A stretch of 63,699 nt of DNA, taken from assembly GCA_030264375.1 (NCBI GenBank), contig JASCQW010000081.1, forward strand, positions 92,630,052-92,693,750. Reading direction: 5' to 3'. How positions within the stretch are numbered: the stretch's first letter is position 1; each line of letters opens with the position of its first letter. The position numbers and the translations under genes were made by a program. The notes beneath the pieces are model-generated. The model made no database searches. It worked only from the letters and a program-made list of their open reading frames with translations, and was not told the origin of the DNA. This document shows, piece after piece, positions 53,201 through 63,699 of this stretch. This DNA comes from Carcharhinus longimanus (Eukaryota).

Positions 53201-54929
53201 GTACATGCGTGCCACTTCAGGTTTTAGAACCTTTAAAGGGTACAGGGATTTTTTTTGCTCTATCCCCGATTTTCAGGAGCACGTGATGGAGATGACTGGT
53301 AATCTCTTGCATTCCAATTTTCGAAATCGCCGCCAGAATCCGCTCCATTCCTACGTACCCAATGGTGGTTTCTACTTCACCAACTCTTGGTGGGATTGCA
53401 ATTTCATAATTGATGGGGTGTTGGAGGAGTCCTATGAACACAATGACATTTGTGATTGTGTCAGAGTATAGCAGCTCTCTTCAAATGTTCTTCCCATCGA
53501 AGGCTAATGTTTTCAATGTCTTTCAAATCATATCCGTCCTTACTTCACATTACTAAGAAATCTGAACTGTACTTGGCATTTTGGAGAATACAATGTACAA
53601 CGTGGAGTAGAAGTCTTCTTCAGATGCATCATTGCCATTCAAAATTAAGTCTCAGCCAGTCACAAAAGTGTTTTCGTTTGGTTCTGCAAAATTAAAAGCA
53701 GAATCATAAGGCGCTCTTTGATGCCGAATAGGAGATCTGAGCGTCGGTGGGTGTGCTGGTTACTGATGGTGAATCCAATTCCTTGCATCATAAGTTCAAT
53801 CTTGCATTTTGCTTTCTAGGCAAAGATATAACCGCCACTTTCTCCCCTGTGCTGCCGTTCACCAGCTCCCGGGGTTTCTTGTGGGGCAGCGAGAATAACG
53901 TTGAGGTGTTTGAGTTCAAGTGAGTCACGTTCCCTGTTCCCATCGATTATTTTGTTCGTTACATTGAGCGTTTTTAGATTCCAGTCTCCAGGATTGACTT
54001 TATCTTTCATAAATGGACCAACTGGAGGCGATTTTACGTGCAGGTTGCCGATAGAGCATACTATTTTTATGGCACGTTTGCTAGCTTTTTGCGCGGAGAA
54101 CAGCATGGATCTTGAAACATGCTGCTCAACAACGAAGGAAGCTACAAATAAGCTCTCGTTTTCCTATTCCAAGAGTGAACGACTGAATTAAACTTCACTG
54201 CTTACTTGCCAGCACAACGCTAATGACTTTAAGATCTCATGATCCTGTCCCATTCTCCTCTTTCTGGTTGCGGTTGGGCTGGATTATGCCGTGGGCGTGC
54301 GTTAGTTTCTTCTAGGTAGATATTTTCTGTAGGGAATTTTTTAAAGTGGGAACACCGTTGCACATTGCCCGCCTTTGTCAAAAGTAAATGCAGTTTCATT
54401 GGCAAAGGAACCTTGATTGTGGACCTCGCGTAGTCCGACAGAGTTCATCTGCCATTACAACCATTGATATCGCAAGGGCATCTGCCGCCTGATACAATGT
54501 TTAACAGTTGTTTCGAAATGCGATTTTCTAGTTCCTCCCGTCCAACCTGATCGTCGTGGGAGACCAATCAGCAATTAAAGTAGCCAAACAATGTCAATGT
54601 CTGGTTCAACGTGGTCATCTATCACAATAATAGATATTGTAATCAAGCCATATAGATTTTAGTACAAACTACAGAAAACACAACCGGATATCATGAACAC
54701 ATTTACTTGTAAAGGTTACACCGCCCCCAGTTATGTCTAACATAAAGAGTTTGAACGTTCGTTGGCACTGAAGTGCCGACGCCTGTGAGAATGATAAATA
54801 GTTTTGGGATTAGTTTTCTTATATTGGGTTTGTGGACTTTTTCCACCATTCTTATACTCTGCCAGCCCCACCCATACCCATTATCTATCGCTCTATCTCT
54901 GGTAGCTCCATTGAGAACCCATCGTAAGT

Positions 54930-55400
54930 CCATGAGAACGTAAGACATATGAGCAGAATTGGCCACTCAGCCTATCGTCTGCTCCGACATTCAATCATGG
55001 CTTTTTTTTTCTCATCACCATTCTTCTGCCTTTTCCCCATTACCCCGATCCCCTTATTAATCAAAAATCAATCTATCTTTTTTTTTTCTTAAAGGCAAGT
55101 AATGACCTGGCCTCCACAGCCTCCTGCGGCGAAAAAAAAAATCCACAGATTCACTACACTGTGCCTCAAGCACTTCCTCCTCATCTCTGTTTTAAATAAT
55201 CGTCCCTTTACCCTGAATTTGTGCGCTCTGGTCCTAACCTGTCCTACTAGTGGAAAAATCAACTCCACGTCCATTCTATCCAGGCCCCGCTGTAGCCTTT
55301 ATGCTTCGATAAGATCCTCCACCCCCCCAAGACCACCCCCCTTCCTCTAATCTCCAACGTGTACAGACTCAGAGTCCTCAACCGTTCCTCATACCACAAA
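54930..55400 (-). mobile_element. CR1-like 3' end
   Basis: FPLVGQVRTRAHKFRVKGRLFKTEMRR..VVNLW. Confidence 0.88.
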
Positions 55401-55924
55401 ATGACGTATCTCTCCGAATATTAATAAAGTCATGCATTTTACATGCATTCCGAACGCCCAATGATCCCATTGACATGCATATTATATGCGAAGACCATCA
55501 AAAGACCTCTATTTTACTTAACAGTCTTTGAGGCAGACAGTGCAACAGACTCTTTGCCCTCGTAAGGTGGTATATTTGCAAGTATTTAACTGTCGTGACA
55601 GCTGAATTTGTAGTCATCAACAAATACAATCATGTTTTCTGTTCCAATTGGCCCCTTTCAGCATTGCACCCTGGAGAGTATTTTGGCATTCCTTTTTAAA
55701 ATACATTCCTGTCTAAAGTTCCCCGTAAGGATATTAGCCTCGTAGGCAATCCGTCCTTTTGAAAATGACCATACAGTGAAATTCTATACTTCCCATCACA
55801 ATTCAGTTCAATTGAAGCTAATAATACACAATATCAGGCAGAACTCAAAACCTGTGGCATATGTGCTGACATCATTCTTGTTCCACAGTGCAAGATGACG
55901 TTTTATATTTTTGAGTAAATTTAC

Positions 55925-55960
55925 CTGCAACTTCAAGTAGTTTAGTCAATTCCATTTGCT
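55925..55960 (-). CDS. 36-nt micro-exon, (E)QMELTKLLEVA
   Basis: tactcttttttag|AGCAAATGGAATTGACTAAACTACTTGAAGTTGCAG|gtaaat. Confidence 0.85.
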
Positions 55961-56019
55961 CTAAAAAAGAGTAAACTGTCATTGTGAATTAAATAGGCTT
56001 TTGATGGGTAGGTTTAGGC

Positions 56020-56330
56020 TGATCAATAGATGCTGAAACCTTAAACCCTTTTGAGTCAACACGAAGTCTGGTGACGTAGTAGATGAAACACCAACGATGG
56101 AGAAGAATTTATCCTCTGAATCTTTGTCAGAAAGCTGTGGGAACAGAATTCATTTGTATTTTTGAGCCCGAGATTGATTTTTTTTCTTTAGGAAGGGAAT
56201 CAAGATTTATGGGAAAAGGACAGAAAAACTGGTGTAACGTTGTCGGATCTGACGTGATCTGATGGAAGGCGGAGGATCAGTGAGAAGTACAACAGCTGAC
56301 TCCTGTCCTTATCTTCGATGGTCTTATGGA
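56020..56330 (+). mobile_element. CR1-like 3' end
   Basis: gatggagaagaatttatcctct ... tcctgtccttatcttcgatggtcttatgg. Confidence 0.6.
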
Positions 56331-57081
56331 CTTAGATCGGCAAAGCAATTTTTAAGCTTATTCAGGGATTCTTTTGACTAAGAAAATTCTTCGTGCCAGT
56401 AAGAGACAGTATTGACATCCTAATTATAATCAACTTAAAGATACAAAAAAGAGAATAATGGCGGGATATTTGAAATGTACTATTTCACCAACTTTCATTG
56501 AAGAACAATTGCATTGTTCCATTGGTTGTATGATTAGGACACAACATTCATTCCACCAATACTGCCTGCATTATTGATTGAATGCAGGAAACACTCGACG
56601 CACAAATCTCTCTGTTTTGTTTGAATAAACAATGCATGTACTCTGTCGTGATTGCGGTTACCACTGGAAGAAACAGATCAATGCCCTCCAAGCTGTGAAA
56701 TCCAACTTTAATGCCATGTCTTTTTTTTCTCTCTCTCTTTCTGATAGCCGATCAGTTGAAGGTCCGTATGCGAATTAGCAGAAAACATCACATTGTTGTG
56801 TTCAAACAAAGATTAAATGCAACCAAAGAAGCTGCTATTGCCAGGTCTGGCAATATATTCTCTTCCCACATAGAATTAGTTTTGACAAGAGCATCAAACG
56901 TCATGAAAACAGATCGATTCAATCCTGGTTTAGGTGCCGTTACCTGCTTCAATATTGAGTGTATTCACGCTGAACTATCAGTTACTCAATGTTACCTACA
57001 TTCCCCAAATTTACTTAATAATTTTTGGCTAACTACAATGTTATCAAACTTATTTTAGAAGCATTGAAAACGGGTCATTAC

Positions 57082-57108
57082 CTTTGTCTTTTATTTCCAT
57101 TTGCTTGT
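57082..57108 (-). CDS. 27-nt micro-exon, (D)KQMEIKDK
   Basis: tgttattttgcag|ACAAGCAAATGGAAATAAAAGACAAAG|gtaatg. Confidence 0.85.
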
Positions 57109-58959
57109 CTGCAAAATAACAACATGAAATGTTAATCTAAAAGGTAAGGATCATATAGCAATGTATTATTTTACAAAAAATGAGACGTTGAATACACATC
57201 TTGACTCATGACCTTCACGCAACACACACTACGACATTGTTCGATTTTCTTTCTATATATAGCTGTGTGCATGAATAATACTGTTTCAATTTGATTTAAA
57301 ATGATTCTATGAATATTCTTCGCGTCAAATAACTGTAGCGCATGAAAAGACCACATCAATCGCCGAATTCCCTGATACTCCCTAACTTGCGATGAACACT
57401 TACAGACATGTCTAATTTTATTGACTTACTGAGAAATCTTGTTAGTGCTGTTGGGAATTTCGTCCTTGGAAAGCAGCAGCACGCTCATAAGAGACAGGTA
57501 GTAGTTTACATCGAAAATGCTAAAAGCAGAAGCAGTCGACGATTTTCGTGACCAAGTATCACTCAGAGAGCCTGCATACCAAATTAGTGTTAATCCTGGA
57601 AGTTGGGAAGCTGACGCGAACACAACAACTGTTGAAAATACAAAGCGGCTCAAGCAGCACCTTGAGAAATAATGATTAATGTTGCCGCCACCCCTTCCCT
57701 TTACAGTCAGAAGATCCACATAATTACTATTTCTGTTAAATGATTGCTAGTTAGAATCAACATCATTCAAGCCATTAAAAGGATATCAACGACTCGGTCT
57801 AAGTTTATATTCCACTGAACTGGATCTATCGGATTATTATCCATTCACCGACCCGAGTTTACATGTGTTCATTATATTCATTCATTTCTACATTCCACAG
57901 CTGCATTCGACACTGAAATTAACTCATTTCTGATTTGATGATGAAACTTTGGGGTTGCATTTTCACCAGAAAGCTGTGCAGGATGTACGGAAAATGACAT
58001 TAACATGCCATCGGACTTATGTAGAAGCAGCACAATCCTCTGCCAAGCCTCCAAATGTGCAATTTTCGATTAAGCCTGTTGATACTAATTTCACACGTCC
58101 TCTCAGTTCTTCAGAGCCACCTGTCCAGGTCCTTCAGTCTTCCGAATACTCAACCCCACGTAGACAGCCCCCTCAGGCTCTTTACCCTGTTCTCCTCCCC
58201 CCAGTTACTTCTGGACTTGCAACACTATCAACTTCCTGCCTGACCTATTGCATTACCGGTAATGGTCGCGCTATCAGTGGCACCAAGAGACTGGAGAGCG
58301 GCTGACCGCTGATTTGTAGGCGGCCCGCTTGAAGCAGTATTTCATTGTTGTGACCGGCGTAAGAAAAGGCTCTGACAAGTTTCAGCCATTTGTTTCCGCG
58401 TAGTTATTTTAATAGCTGTAGTGGCGCAGGGGTTGGGATGGGGGGAGCGATGTAACTTCTCGAGTCTGGCGGAGATACCGGCACATTTTTCGTTTATTTG
58501 CTGAGGACCGTGGTCAATTCAAAAGCGGTTTTACGACAGCAATCTACAAAATCGGTAGAAACAGCTGTCGTTCTTGGCGTAGCAACACACAGAATGTGGA
58601 GTAGAGATCATTTTAAGCCAAAGGGAAACTGTGAAAAAGGATCCATTTCAATCAAACATTCCCTATTGTTTAATATTGCCCGAGAAACTTCGTTTTGTTT
58701 TTATGTGAAAAGCAAAACATTTAGCAATCAAATAACTGTGCCAGTTTCCCAACGCGCTCCTGCTGTATGTATAAGGGTGATAATACAAACCCGACATTTT
58801 TATGCGGTTTTCTAATTCTGTGATAGAAACGAACAAAAAATCAATATTTAACATATTCCCTCGTTTTTATCAGTAGGATATGTTGATGTCGAAGATCTTA
58901 CCGTATGCTTCTCCGCATCATTGCAGGATTATACCTTGTATTATCACCTGAATATTAAA

Positions 58960-59290
58960 AGTGGGGCTGCACGTGGTACCGTGGCTAGCATTGCTATCTC
59001 ACAGCGCCAAGGTCCAGGCTTCAATTCTGGCCTCGGGTCACTGTCTGTTGGAGTTTGCACTTTCTCCCCGTGTCTGCATGGATTTGCTCCTGGTGCTCCC
59101 GTGTCCACGCATATTCCAAAAACGTGCGGATTAGGTTGATTGGCTACGCTAAATTGACCCCAGTGTAACGGGGATTAGCACGGTAAATGCGTGGGGTTAC
59201 AGGAGTGAGGCCTAGGTGGAATTGTGGTCGGTACAGGCTTGATGGGTCCAATGGCCTCCTTCTGTATTGTACGGGTTCTATGGTTCTGTG
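58960..59290 (+). mobile_element. Full-length HE1/V-SINE-like tRNA-derived SINE
   Basis: tRNA-like head, V-domain ggagtttgcactttctccccgtgtctgc, CR1-type tail aatggcctccttctg...ttctatggttctgtg. Confidence 0.9.
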
Positions 59291-60313
59291 AAAGCAGAAA
59301 ATGTAAAGCAGAGGTTCTGCCAGATGTTTATTTGTTTGATTTACTAGAAGAGAAATCGTATCAAGTCGTTTGACCACCTTAAGGTTGCATGGATTGACGT
59401 CTCTCCTCTTCACTTCTCTGATGTATAAGACTTTTTGCCATAGCCTGAAGTTCACCCGTTCTTTAAAAAAAAACATTCACAGAAAAGTCTGGCGCGAATT
59501 GCTTCATGACAACGTTACGGCAATCTTGGAATGCATCGATTCCATACGCCGATATTAGGTGTCATCGCTTCGGTTTCTGATGTGTTCGAATTAGTTACTT
59601 TCCCCGTAGTCATCTTATATTCGTACTTGTTCATTTACCAAAGTCAAGTTTGTACACTTGGTTATGCGTAAATTCTCCATTGCCAAAGATCTTGTCGAAA
59701 AATACATGGTCTCAGCCTTCAAGCTCTGAAGCCTACCAAAAACTCAAATACACCATTTAAAGCCTCAGATTCACTTCTTCTATTACAAAGGTCTTAGTAA
59801 TACGGAAGAGTGATCAAGTTTACAGTTATCAAAGTTTGATAACTGCATCACGCCAAATGCATGGCAGCACTGTACTGCCCAGCTTGGCATACCTGCTGAA
59901 CCTTCGAGTAATATTGCACCCTGTAACATTCAATTAATTAGTAAGTCAGCACAACGTAAAACGAATGGCTTCTGTTTCCCTTTTGGTAGCAAAAGCCCTG
60001 GGGTATTATGAATGCATTCGTTTAAATTAGCAATAAGTGGCAATGTCAGATCAAATAATTACACACAAAAACATCGTGAGTTGCAATGACAAAAATACAA
60101 ACAATGGCATGAAATAAATGCAACGAGAATGACAACGTACTGGATTACATCCAGTTGCCATATCCGTTCAAACAATTGGTGAGGTAAAACGTGTAGACAT
60201 CGACAGTGCTTTTCAGAATTTGTGTGTTTTTATTTTTGAGTAGGTCCTTTAATAAATCGTGCATTTTATTGAGACGACTGCCATCTTTGTTAAAAACACG
60301 TTTTGTGTCTCAC

Positions 60314-60340
60314 CTGTCTGTTTATCAAGCATATGATTTT
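60314..60340 (-). CDS. 27-nt micro-exon, (x)NHMLDKQT
   Basis: ttttctttcttatag|AAAATCATATGCTTGATAAACAGACAG|gtgaga. Confidence 0.85.
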
Positions 60341-62141
60341 CTATAAGAAAGAAAATTTGTGTTTTGATATAAAACCAGGTGAAAGTAAAAACTATTTTTT
60401 AGCTCAACCTAGGAGAGAAATTTTTTGTTTAACATTTCCCATTCAGCCAGATATCAAGACATGACCTTGTTTCGATTTTTAAAAAATATTAACTTTGGCT
60501 ACCTTCTCACTAAAAACGGAATCACGGTTTTGTACTTTTAATGGTTGCAACCAGTTCATGTTCTAAGTACATGGTCATTTTGCTTCAAGTAACAATATTT
60601 TCACATGCAATTAAAGACGATCCCACCTATGCCATGCTAGGAAATTTCGTACAGCGTGTATGATTGCAAGGCTAAAGCCGCCTGCAGCAGTCAAATACTC
60701 AAAATGGTTCAGGCACAAAGCAGGAGGTATTTTTATTTAGCAGACAGATGTGTTTACCTTCTCTACCTCCAGTATCATTGGCAAACGTTTCATTAACTTT
60801 AGACAATTATTGCCCTTGAAAGTTGTATTTTTCATCATGAGTATATCATGTGTATCAAACTAAAATAAAATTGTGTCTAATAACTGGACATGAATATAGA
60901 ATAGACATGTTCTGTGTATAATTTCAGTACAAATTGATAAAATCGACACTGTATATGTTGTGCGCCCAAAAACCCCATGTGATCGTTCTCAGTCAACATA
61001 TAACCGCACGGTAGAAAAATGATTATCGTGGGTTTCAGGACAGCCAGGTGTTTCTTCTTTCGGAAAAGGCTGTCGTGGCTGTGGTATTGCAAAATGCATT
61101 TGCAGAGGATACCTGAAGCAGAGCAGATAGTGCCTGTGGCAGCAGTGGAAAGTTGCATTTGCAATACTGATCGCGAGAAGCTATGTGACAAAGAAATTAC
61201 CTAAAGTTGTGAATAGAATAACAAGCAGGTGAATCGAATACTGAAGCCCGTCCCGCTGTTCGAATTGGCGTTGTTTAACCTCCTGCTACAAGTCCGTTTA
61301 TCCTCACAATCCACAAAAAACATAATTGGTTGAACTTCCGAAAATGCCCCCATATCAGTCTTTAAGTTACTCACTGACGGATTATCTGCAAGTCTCTGGG
61401 GTACAGGACTTTAAAGCTCAACATCTTTCTGACAAAATGAATTTCGTGTTATGCCACTTTGTAAATATTGACTCCTTACCCGCAGACTGTCCCCGGAAAT
61501 ATATACTTCGGCCTGAGGGTTCTTCATTCTTCAACATTCACTTGAACAATATGTCAATACTGAAAATTTCAGTCAGTCAACTCTCAATCTTTTAAGCTGT
61601 ATAATTTTTTCTTATAGTCTATTCAATTTCTGCACCTGCAACAATCCGAGGCATCGATTGGATGATCCTTTTGTTTCATTCGCTGTAAATGAGTGACCCG
61701 AGCCGTTGCGAGCGGGATGTATCACCCAGTCAGCAGCAGTAGCCATGCAAGATTGAGAGAGGGCAATTTTCTACGCCTCGGGAGACCTGTTTACTTCTCC
61801 ACCCCACCCCCCCGCCCCCCCCCNNNNNNNNNNACCACGCGCAGGAAGCAGCAAAGAACGGAAGAACGGTTGACGTTGACAGATCACGCAAAATGGCGTT
61901 ATCTCCAAGTCCAAAACATAAAGTCCACCTCCGAGCTCACCACGTTAACTGGTTAAATTAAATTTACATGCCAGGTGACATTTAACTGAGATACGTACAA
62001 ATCCAAAAAAAAACCGTGGTCTTAAGTACGAAGAGAGACGTCTTCTAATGTCATTGCACAATGTAACAGATAAATGATTGGCCTGATCTCTGTTTTGAAA
62101 CTGACTGACCAGTATGCAGTAGCTGTTTGGGAAAAGTGAGT

Positions 62142-62235
62142 AAGAAGTCTCACAACACCACGTTAAAGTCCAACAGCTTTATTTAACAGTAAACGCCACA
62201 AGCTTTCGAAACACTGTTCCTTCATCGGGTGAGTA
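62142..62235 (-). mobile_element. Penelope-like terminus with a degenerate minimal hammerhead motif
   Basis: Minus strand CCGATGA-A-GGAAC-AGT-GTTTC-GAAAGCTT. Confidence 0.65.
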
Positions 62236-62249
62236 AAAAGTGAAACAGA

Positions 62250-62720
62250 GCTGCAGTTTCATCAGTAGAAGAATAGTGCATCGAAATCAGAAAGCTGACA
62301 TAAAACTTTACAAAACACTTCGGGCTCAGCTGGAATATGACGATCAGTCTCCTATCCAGCAAGGAAATGTAGTCATTATAGAGGGGACAGTTGCATTTCA
62401 ACATAACGTAAAAACAGTTGGTCCAGTTCACTTGTCTGTACCGAAAGTAGAAGCTGTTTTTTTCTGCAGAGCAAGTTCTGAGAGGCTTTCAGAGAGCTGT
62501 TCAAGATCATGAACGAGTTTGATCAATTAAATGAGACAGAAATATCTTCGGCACACTTACACGTCGTGGAAACCAGATCCATTAACTTCAGCGAATAGGC
62601 AATGTGAAGGGAAATCGTGAATACTGTGGATCAACATTATGCGTTGTGTTGATCTGCATTCGGAAAGCAGTGGTTTATTGTTGCTGGTGTAGTCACCCGG
62701 AGACTTTGCCGAATATTCTG
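62250..62720 (+). mobile_element. Decayed CR1-like fragment
   Basis: KLYKTLRAQLEY motif. Confidence 0.65.
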
Positions 62721-63014
62721 CATGCGAGCCACCAGTCTAGTATTAACATTCAATACCGACACAAGAATCTTAGGATCGCTCCAGCGCATTCTTTCTGCAT
62801 TGCCTGTCAGAGAGCATCCTACCCTGGCCCACCCCTGCCATGTTCCAGTAAACTCATATATTAATTCAGCTAATCTTCCTAATGTACATATCTTGGGACA
62901 TGAAGTGACAACTTATCATTGCAAATCCCCAACAGCCTACATATATTTGAGCTGCAGAAGAAAATTGGAAGAAATTCAAGAAGACATGGAGAGAACATGC
63001 AAACTCCGAGACAG

Positions 63015-63699
63015 AGTACAGGAATGAGACAGGGAATCTGGTGAGCTCGTGCGGCAACGATGATCTCTCCCTCAATGTCAAGAAAACGAAGAAGATTGTC
63101 ATCGACTTCAGGAAGCGTAAATGAGAACATGCTACTGTCTACATGACGGGACCGAAGTGAAAAGTATCGAGTGCTTCACTGTCCAGATCAACAACAACCA
63201 ATCCTGGTCCCCCATGCCGATACTATATTTATGAAAGCCGACCAACGCCTGTACTTTCTCAGAATACTAAGGAAACTCGGCACGTTAGCTACGACTGTCA
63301 CCAGTTTTTACACTTGCACCAGAGAAAGCTCTCTTTCTGGTTGTATCACAACTTGGTATGGCTCCTGGTCTGCTCAGGAAACTACAAAAGGTCGTGAACG
63401 TAGTCCAATCCATCACGCAAACCAGCCTCCCATCCATAAACTCTGTCTACACCTCCCGATGCCTTGGCAAATCAGCCAGCATAATTAAAGACTCCACGCA
63501 CCCCGGACATTCTCTCTTTCAAAAGTTCCTTCGGGAAATAGATACAGAAGTCTGAGGTCACCTACCAGCCGACTCAAGAACAGCTTCCCTGCTGCTGTCA
63601 GACATTTGAATGGACTTACCTTGCATTAAGTTGATCTTTCTCTACACTCTAGCTATGACTGCAACACTACATTCTGCACTCTCTCCTTTCCTTCTCTAT
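63015..63699 (+). mobile_element. Rex1/Babar-like LINE 3' part
   Basis: LSLNVKKTKKIVIDFRK, KADQRLYFLRILRK, SLSGCITTWYG and IIKDSTHPGH motifs. Confidence 0.85.

Larger units (their letters stand above)
1079..60340 (-). other. Partial multi-exon gene built from symmetric phase-1 micro-exons, encoding a predicted coiled-coil/helical region; 5' end probably outside the window
   Basis: At least 11 exons of 27/36 nt, each with a pyrimidine tract+AG and a GT donor on the minus strand. All are stop-free in phase 1-1 and join into an E/K/Q/L-rich peptide. The left boundary is tentative. Confidence 0.8.

Noticed and set aside
57429-57446. 18-nt phase-1 candidate (ALTRFL)
   Set aside because: Poor pyrimidine tract, and it would break the 27-27-36 parallel. 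Left unassigned.
59893-59920. Strong minus donor (CAG|gtatgc) with a 28-nt exon
   Set aside because: Not frame-preserving between the flanking phase-1 exons.
1-63699. CRISPR arrays, operons, tRNA/rRNA genes
   Set aside because: No regularly spaced repeats or prokaryotic gene structure; the tRNA-like boxes belong to SINE/LINE heads.

Overview
Eukaryotic, AT-rich, repeat-dense DNA. The repeat content (HE1/V-SINE-like SINEs, HER1/CR1-like LINEs, Penelope-like ends, a Rex/Babar-like LINE) points to a cartilaginous fish, probably a shark; this is recognition from memory, not a database result. No ORF in the supplied track is a convincing complete gene, and most are decayed LINE pieces or chance. 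Reading minus-strand splice signals by hand reveals a gene the ORF track cannot see. It is a chain of at least 11 micro-exons (27 or 36 nt, canonical AG/GT) spread over about 57 kb (60340 to 3714), all open when read as phase 1-1. They splice in frame into a charged helical/coiled-coil-like peptide: xNHMLDKQT-DKQMEIKDK-EQMELTKLLEVA-VQDMQYKTD-DERLIHLKA-ELQKLHETT-KQQLLAKDI-ELKKALLSQQDK-AFEKCESLRKDN-...-EHKTTIENL-EAQFKSKVQ. No start exon was found, so the 5' end probably lies beyond the right edge; the 3' end is uncertain. I do not recognise the protein. Other points of interest are a LINE with a tRNA-like Pol III head plus a short derivative, nested insertions, hammerhead-like Penelope remnants and a 16-bp hairpin next to one micro-exon. 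Repeat boundaries are approximate.
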